Positions 50,901-52,649 of a stretch of DNA of 52,649 bases are shown one piece after another. The notes below the pieces were generated by a model that searched no databases, was not told where the DNA came from, and worked only from the letters and a program-made list of their open reading frames with translations. Within the stretch, counting starts at the first letter, position 1, and every line of letters starts with the position of its first letter. Position numbers and translations under genes: made by a program. This DNA comes from Methanosarcinales archaeon (GTDB taxonomy: Bacteria; Omnitrophota; Gorgyraeia; Duberdicusellales; 4484-171), in the NCBI GenBank assembly GCA_048634245.1, contig JAIWAR010000005.1, positions 1 through 52,649 of the forward strand, in the 5' to 3' direction.

Positions 50901-52649
50901 CAAAGCAACAAGCTCTATCTGAAAATTTAATGAAATTTTTCGATAAGAACTGTCCTCTTCGATGCCCTTATAACTACTCCTAAATTCAAATATCGTCTTA
51001 GATAACACATTTATTTCGGTTAACAATGTTTCCATTGATTCCGGAACTTTTCCTCTGCCAAAATTAGGCAATTTAAACAATCGGCCTCCGTCATGATTGT
51101 TTGGGGAATCCGGTTTAATTCCCCTGCTATGTTCGTGCTTACAGGTTAACGGGATATGCAAAGCCTCCCCCCGACCAAAACACATCATTAATCCCGCGTT
51201 CTGCTTATACCTATATATAAGGCCAGTTGCAAGATTGCCTTCCTGTATTTGCTCTATCCGGCTTAAGTTGAATAGCAACCGAACAAGCTCTATCTGCAGG
51301 TCTGAAGAAAAAATACCAAATACAGCCATATTTTCCAATTCTCTTTGACCACCGTCTGAATTCAATCTAATTCCTGCAGGTTTAATCTGTATCACGTTAA
51401 GAGCATGCCAGTATTCAAAGCCACCATAAGGAACATCTTCTTTAACTATCAGCCCCCTGCCTTTCATCCAATTGACCCATCGACTATCTACTCTCTCAAT
51501 TTTTAAAGGAACCTGAAACCCTTGAGAAAGCATTTCTATCTCGATGCGCTCACCGTAACTATCCAGATACTTTTTAACATCCTTCCCGGCTAAAGAACTA
51601 TAGTTTATAATAATACCCGCATCAGGATTATCCGGATTAAGATGGTCTATCCCCTCCTTAATTATTTCCCGGATAAGACCGGTTCCCTTATAAGGATCAT
51701 CAACGGCAGTATGTTTATTCTCTTCCCATGGCGGAGTAGGAATATAAGGAGGATTAACTATTATTAAGTCTGCCTGAGGAGGCAGCGTGCTAATACCTTT
51801 ACCTGAATGAGGCTCCAAGATAACTCCATTCGCTTTAAGATAAGGTAAAATATTTCTTTTTGCCGCCATAAGAGCGTAAACACTAATGTCAGTAATCATC
51901 ATTGTTTCCAAACTCTGCATGTGCTGGACACACGCCGTAGCAATATGCCCTCCGCCTGTACCCACTTCAACCGCTGTTTTAATGTCGGTTCTGTCAAATA
52001 TACCGTTTTCTTTAATTACCTTGTGCAAGTAAACCGTATCGATATTTGTTGCCCAGACATCTTTATCAATACGATTATCGTGGTTAGTGACAGTATTCAT
52101 AAATTCCGTATACCTTGCTCCGCGCATGTAGAGCATTAAAATCCTGGTAAGTAGTTCTCCGGAAAAATGTTTAGCAATATAATTATCCGGAAACATAAGG
52201 CGGCAGCTTGGAATATCAATAATATATTCAAGCCGTAGCTTCGAATAATCCACACTTCTATCTTTACCGTGTACGCCTGAATTATCTAAAACTTTATATA
52301 GAGTAAGTGTCTCCAAATCATCGCTCATCTTAATATATAATTCTATACGTCTAGTAGTACTTAAATCAGCTACAGGAAGATTCGGCAAAAACACCAAAAT
52401 ATTTGCCTCCTTAATACATTCCGCGAGGGTACCTAATTTATTAAAAGTACTTATAGCACGAGGATAATCGTTTTCAAAAATACTTTGAATTTCATGCGCA
52501 GTTTGTGCTGCTTCTTTATCCACACCGCCATCTTTATTATCCAAATCACCCATAAAATGCGCGCCGATTGATTCTTTATTATGAGCTAAGGCATCATCAG
52601 CAATAAGTTTGGCAGCAGTCAAAATATTTTCTATCTCAGCCTTCTCAAC
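35961..52649 (-). CDS. Giant DGG-delimited multidomain protein, upstream segment (5' end outside the window)
   Basis: Frame is open to the window edge (VEKAEIENILTAAK...), so TTG 52622 is probably not the start. Contains 17 DGG motifs. Confidence 0.9.
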   Translation of the reverse strand, partial: VEKAEIENILTAAKLIADDALAHNKESIGAHFMGDLDNKDGGVDKEAAQTAHEIQSIFENDYPRAISTFNKLGTLAECIKEANILVFLPNLPVADLSTTRRIELYIKMSDDLETLTLYKVLDNSGVHGKDRSVDYSKLRLEYIIDIPSCRLMFPDNYIAKHFSGELLTRILMLYMRGARYTEFMNTVTNHDNRIDKDVWATNIDTVYLHKVIKENGIFDRTDIKTAVEVGTGGGHIATACVQHMQSLETMMITDISVYALMAAKRNILPYLKANGVILEPHSGKGISTLPPQADLIIVNPPYIPTPPWEENKHTAVDDPYKGTGLIREIIKEGIDHLNPDNPDAGIIINYSSLAGKDVKKYLDSYGERIEIEMLSQGFQVPLKIERVDSRWVNWMKGRGLIVKEDVPYGGFEYWHALNVIQIKPAGIRLNSDGGQRELENMAVFGIFSSDLQIELVRLLFNLSRIEQIQEGNLATGLIYRYKQNAGLMMCFGRGEALHIPLTCKHEHSRGIKPDSPNNHDGGRLFKLPNFGRGKVPESMETLLTEINVLSKTIFEFRSSYKGIEEDSSYRKISLNFQIELVALLWKMSNMEKAQIGGFNKDIINRYKQSTGILRSINQGVMVNWRVFDEIMAGWKHWDSKEIKDGGELTNHKVYPRLKAPAICSSGKNVSKEDIVKFFEKAEDGKAIIFAKEKDCLLEMLDDPSVVLCDLLENIKLCFLFRIEMARQKIIFNWGKAFFINVYSQELGNDFKWVCFTEKAWVRKRQQRRVKRYYEAIFRDKILIAYGGAELHENEAWLLFRGLEEKSNYEFLYKARLKALGEIFPQIKTFKIPYTQVINDVIDEENWAKTLVFYIKKLGFMLSEQCEVVEIIENWRPHIMIPEVRIKEVDKCEQEEVESLSVYKKERRQQFRDEGWVALKDGKVIGYISVRILKSWESGTIYNWDVDEKYWQKGIGRALFREALFGFAKEGAKNVNSSHILSLSINKWRKRLNEPETGYFIKKIKGLTPDTYEVDFELTFKNASIITDSRRKYYLRRDGGMESIMFWEEISTQQWGQELKSRNEYNDSEGYRFEGKELAIERDSVIQEKKAREFCKTRNLFFKYGDLMNRVANFHDSFSEYAYGILIAGIAKKISENKNNTDAGWEYLWQRARFGQKDGGENLKEDDKIEIITHLINKIKSVEVFLIILSHILIITAIISFSEWISGGGEEYAAIATIFTILCIAVRVRKLFSSRKRQELEILRNAEKISKIEKVEEDLGQIRKWLKKWEVNDLNDLAIISPWIEFHDGNFSKLESSMALNGWEEITKYYAKILNVSEENIEMILNELYRSENSFLKLNIMESEKIIGFLKIDKSSEEERVKIIRELLRLNPFILKKIINEMGNRGKGVDLNTVKKVHNELENLAIIIKKSKFIEGKIDWDDLRNYLEDKDADVFEGLEVSSVLSDDSFWNKLDLDGGEVVRENNIGDFINTIRQHRERLFEKYQSMPAAGINEEEVCRYFSDSVVGILIETVKFSKEYESRDNEANEIGNKFSVEVLGSLARNLFTLSSDIEFLIVPRSPEDEKYCRELYIIVRNILQRAGFCVDDVINQTMRFRCPVRCEDKELVSIFMIDHKYIYGEKPISKYISRVFHQYVYEQDSPTDEYLGQVFLNLYPLSELQRESKNPQLPYAFTPKHTLRILRSFVWASKVKYDIRHNDAFQILEQLPQRNDNNGRQSFSQDEIEEVLFIYRMLLMVQNVWGLLRREINTDKRPVTLGVILTEDWPLIADYLHRDVTELKQMYLSNLQKICRLFSVKYGEFILPYSPSNIMRRQSTINGKRVNLVINFDDRHVRSFIHLNRCAPIRIDELNHYNNVQRQVYEQVVCNRIVLCELLKHLHSSLHEVFILIKPLSTGIFAEPERAGSVSELEIVIINKEETKKMTLILDNHYYSEGLRVTAQDEFKNLQIAYGVDADAWPKVFEYVEVEIYVDGEKRVYPMYIREDIENYRQIYLSEYEGWKILRDWEGDKLGIGEGTRLFDFILVLTISRMVRLWKNTGYIVGDFRIFEGDIRLNEEVCQRITETRRDISEEELKGLEPELIKINALRELKKGSLKELIAMLFDYRDWLCSLDGKVNKIFTIPIFTPREIEKAVISELGTIPEEISEYFADWVRIRKVEIEQDLYQRFTYDPSRSVKDLFKHGNGREFDSKDGGDSIGIDALKQAAQDTKSTENRNSINDCLKQIETDGGFVENGGKTFSDLCLLVAGMNEIFNRFIYPEGIEYRSSRIAGKSLTNQDRDLLFTILEPVKKEVIFRPEELRNRYSFLKDKYSKDHFQHLLVILEKAKVLYIPVRGRYLLSSDFVDALKEKGFIEDGYYNKYRTILKQEELFNQFTYEDNIGAKSKGNFLTGRDREFAATLMDIITGLEEPFDVEKIIELFKKKEHKYIDKKQINILLSNLTNAGILYRPVSNRYLFSKKFIEVLFNEKFINEVTKDKWVNLLTRESEYKKLQAKKRKNEWTHSTLKVLDVIFNKNLNQFTQKNISSQIFYMPIRTIKKSLGILSSAGVIQYKNGDYFVNPAVERIQNSEQVLIRIRNLSELELKEDRNLSELELKEDRLENLINKEGSIGLNEKLCERLIVTAGIKEEGDYRINKAIEIIKRGSDGRKNQKMFAHVVYASNDIESLLERHKETVELALNRIEIAGINIFPGKLRVVKKIEELAGLEKITKVEDRNKIKDTIYVLSSINKTIIESCGVSKSLAVSMLSLLANPTDRQLIILRKVYDTIKLGEKVNFNNINRELNLSGTGVVAPIVLQYLGVLNWGYTGDEGNIKRFLDLYPEIENLSNLKITKRDVKEKEKIERKDIKIQAIWAFINSMEQGGKRIEDMEKMSGEEIEEFINNLAGLDFKVNNGYFSVGTRRGRKQSLKRIDRKDLIGKVKEFYNRVKIFEDILKEKVREKLHREKEDILELINNLDMEAEENAYQIRYILAERVKRGDSDYLLDIIQDIRGDSDWNRLDPDGGISNLVILGFIPTEVTVLALYTSWFAKSGKNKGSPIEGYDCYCSFYSFMLLFVLPIITFFDLILNNSAANSISKKSSYGFLLPQRDNGSIITRQDRIEDLILSKVTSETLWKIMADKLKISYSDSDTWKGKNTEVVFTFKPPVSGSRLSFSVSEKQNGFNSQGYDGGADIKVEQSVIKIQKILKHGYQPAEGEQKTFIDSLVHKISKLKFEEEEMAIKTGTEEKRMSLADILNELKLTIEEIFTRLTILRASRRGNLRLIDDDINEMIEEAKYIIKFMGELKYEWYSLEANITPQKYLEVFTEILLAFNISLCMEEMYSKKYFGVNEENEAYADKVKEILISNKDEPLEEKWTILSRAEQGCLAYLVQKNIMKVEIRDFLHGKPLKTVRESIEKRAILNELRLIKKKNSSNSDGGIEDIGKKIVPQNVAFIQNYDGVAKYQSPGILFFAEILKEGGHSTDFYNSATALLKKLRYYKKSCKERPYNIIGISTTTLDLAVNLRLAREIKIIDPGVVVILGGKGIFEPFNLIKAGGVDIVMQGDVDNTLLWVVNLIARNDIEKIPDSLLRIPYDTLLDKFCKNNLSRRELNNKKEMINIEFGECHFISPLTSFHAAELSGERLSRELSDYRYNIFPQNIFMKVGSIIGGKAENRIVAIGPNPDAVVRQVKNVLENTEIIAEIKTKGDEKDIIVNGHLEDKAGIIESFYGVKDSQGVYEENPDEIKKRFIERLYKGISPVERYLMDKRERRKSGFPPVSMDKFHRITSILPYGKEYNKRYYPPEAAQPYDELSIYAQDGCSYAECAFCFAPKLRGSISSKRVVENIMYVLKNSHIRRIGLNDDDFLQNPSWLFEFIDLMEEEQKNNPELFEQLTFSIQTRVRELNKRSEEAIIRLKSLGLYRVELGVESMSEKQLYEMRKVQEGEAKKYIENAYAMVSFLVENAIHAQINCILAEPSSQLKDISENIRGFMSFANKIYASLGYLLVGSVNNKVLASPDELLKNRDSPDSWRKKDNFIQLAPEITSDELGFIEINNPINYFYPNEGVEEFLIKFREHLFVLNKLMEPVFLKIICLRKTDWEQAELLIRGIILPLFYLIELKYSAEILKKLVEKQGNKDICEDVEMISNNFITICESFKLHGLDIVNLIFNILERNIKLKEKRMSGDAEFYDWGYFVDDIDEIGGQIKFMETVFKGMVDEQTMASLTEGFSRLEMLGEDWKQKVLIESAEIVFHGEKGELEDKQDGGTDFYKKFTNPGAFLSAPYTQVILREFLKKIKETRRKVGFIADLGSGLGQNLGVISECFPESKLLALDISKKALEASRIVPDKESINLRREELKKIYGISDDLLDNYFNLSRLHSFNPQDIGFMTGSIQNLPLKKSADIVVCTEVLEHVFSPQRAVGQIEEVLAPKGFIILSTPNYFNAAGLIKKIKDRGEDAPWWEPWETHIKDGERGRENFMTAFYLEELVKSKGLRIIETRGANPLRAFMFPMYTPIIEYKPEFLPLLWMNKLPLVNKVFKRTSMNYFILAQKECDGGRKEVEIDDIAKYFLPYVKCGKKHLFKIINDAFTAELRIPRLSKHQIYFSFDEAEEEILKKAIPLVVSSKTDEEEIEIVVQSFGCGIGEELYGAARMITEYAENNRKFKELVLTGRVHIQLTGYDISLKRLTRAYRNTEIQTRLLLPMYFHDCIDYAYFYMDIRDEDTREILLERKADINICRLTWAFNDENSAVSFAKELGNNLKSPGVLLFEEKSSESPYSMYYKIAEIVDEGKDIELAGKREQPESVGVTSNRDGGSTKEQFLPTCIGEIKKDELWRGKRIFEGYKFILNEAGKALLREIDYWLARENGCFISDTDSKGINNLIQQIPTIENPHPEFFVDIMEGIPQRIRELIISPLYSYHDDLVLQITIGCSNNCLTCQVDSEKGKIVSIPFPLVNKFLVEVSKALNVDTGRRVMFYFNSEPFDYHDKVLDADLGDVCKMAYDFNLPPVVITHGWFPNNKVAQRAAEKIERLKGGIEKNVELSIHVFHGDVFKNPQRAVSRYANRFANVIKTLKPSGIRLYSKGYGEDFPLIKEVFDSMMKILESDRDVCRWIREPEDCSLKRVWVGDDSIEWYGRAYDLRKKFGLSLPSSSRNIVAQECMIFRADGAILLATNYGLDRPFKEIFSGNDDPAFIKFMHFLAFVVREYEKKFGYKSFKKWWLHNDCALWSFSYKFNNLQKDKWFLCRFKDISSFFKEDVKVETLTIGIRWISFYYEMLLIFAPQLINKLRSLGNDEVISKDELEIIYSDLSEMPVRDGRRTVTIAGPEEFLKNPDDSHILDFSIEPNPRTPNRFYRTSWQLFSGKDEDESVVEEGAKQDERKEINIISGEDGGRTARTEVKIVVGNGLELFFIKMSFVMKEVLVLLEKYKDEGEIIDYYLAGDFARGTFDYQNDDVIIAVNLAPNTSSIVGTILEEAISRLSQKLGVRFRIDFDSVGFVHSVEVIEGNVCIKAVDWKDAGAYLQGTFSFYPLIDISLVSKDNFSPKFFKELCDAMKKIHRGNRFFDNGAMGFDKNAANRQENDGGKISGV
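35988..36554 (-). other. Module: minimal nucleotidyltransferase-like (degenerate)
   Basis: YLAGDFARGTFDYQNDDVIIAV compared with consensus hFGSxARG...SDhDh. Confidence 0.55.
36564..38285 (-). other. Module: radical SAM enzyme
   Basis: LQITIGCSNNCLTC (CxxxCxxC), SEPF, VITHG and LSIH. Confidence 0.8.
38295..39059 (-). other. Module: CheR-like methyltransferase
   Basis: VQSFGCGIGEELY (CheR has WSAGCSTGEEPY), TGYDIS and DINICR. Confidence 0.7.
39069..39929 (-). other. Module: class I SAM methyltransferase
   Basis: ADLGSGLG, ALDIS, DIVVCTEVLEHV and LAPKGFIILSTPN. Confidence 0.88.
39939..42407 (-). other. Module: cobalamin-binding radical SAM enzyme
   Basis: PGILFFAEIL, IIGIS, VILGG, GCSYAECAFC, DDDF and LGVES. 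Confidence 0.85.
43659..45968 (-). other. Module: repeated winged-helix-like domains
   Basis: About 118-aa repeats: FNRFIY..LTNQDR..LEKAKVLYIPVRGRYLLS and FNQFTY..LTGRDR..LTNAGILYRPVSNRYLFS. Confidence 0.6.
44865..44933. repeat. 33-bp in-frame tandem duplication (RNLSELELKED x2)
   Basis: Units 44865-44897 and 44898-44930 differ at one base. Confidence 0.95.
46086..48278 (-). other. Module: GlnD/GlnE-like nucleotidyltransferase plus unknown C-terminal domain
   Basis: VLGSLARNLFTLSSDIEFLIV and a downstream helical segment LRILRSFVW. Confidence 0.6.
49542..50711 (-). other. Module: unknown domain plus GNAT acetyltransferase
   Basis: VALKDGKVIGY and WDVDEKYWQKGIGRAL. Confidence 0.8.
51357..52523 (-). 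other. Module: HemK-like NPPY methyltransferase
   Basis: VEVGTGGG, ITDIS and DLIIVNPPY. Confidence 0.85.

Noticed and set aside
1291-52139. Many short plus-strand ORFs (60-187 aa) in the track
   Set aside because: Nearly all are antisense shadows of well-supported minus-strand genes, and none has a recognisable motif.
52620-52622. TTG start of the 5553-aa ORF
   Set aside because: The frame is open to the window edge, so the real start is probably upstream.
20176-52649. DGG sites as CRISPR-like, attC-like or other DNA-level repeats, or as inteins
   Set aside because: Synonymous codons vary and spacing is irregular, with no palindromes and no intein C/S...HN ends. No cas or integrase gene is in the window.
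20176-52649. NRPS/PKS, RTX, adhesin or Rhs identity for the giant ORFs
   Set aside because: I saw no A/C/KS/carrier motifs, GGxGxD nonapeptide runs, Ig-like repeats or YD repeats.
1-52649. tRNA, rRNA, CRISPR arrays, transposases
   Set aside because: None recognised; intergenic gaps are short (about 150 bp or less) and lack these signatures.

Overview
All supported genes lie on the minus strand. The left 20 kb is housekeeping. One operon-like run, lysS-lolE-lolD-ilvE-mcsA-mcsB-clpC-hyp-mlaE-mlaF-mlaD-radA-PIN/TRAM-ispD-ispF-cysS(partial), starts at a perfect TTGACA-17-TATAAT promoter. An oppBCDF peptide ABC transporter without oppA, an internally deleted DUF5674-like pseudogene with its partner gene, and several REP/MITE-like hairpins also lie here. 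The right 32.5 kb holds two giant ORFs (5244 aa, and >5553 aa open to the window edge). They overlap out of frame at a G6 run and are probably one gene of at least 10,800 aa. The main observation is that this protein is divided by about 34 Asp-Gly-Gly (DGG) motifs, encoded by variable codons, that fall between recognisable unrelated domains: SAM methyltransferases, CheR-like, GNAT, two radical SAM, nucleotidyltransferases, TraB/GumN-like, transglutaminase-like, HEAT, HAD, winged-helix arrays and membrane modules. This looks like a modular polyprotein or cargo cassette array with a dedicated delimiter, possibly a Gly-Gly cleavage site. Giant genes together with Lol/Mla and McsAB-ClpC suggest an Omnitrophota-like bacterium (inference). 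Domain calls are from motifs read by eye, not from database searches.
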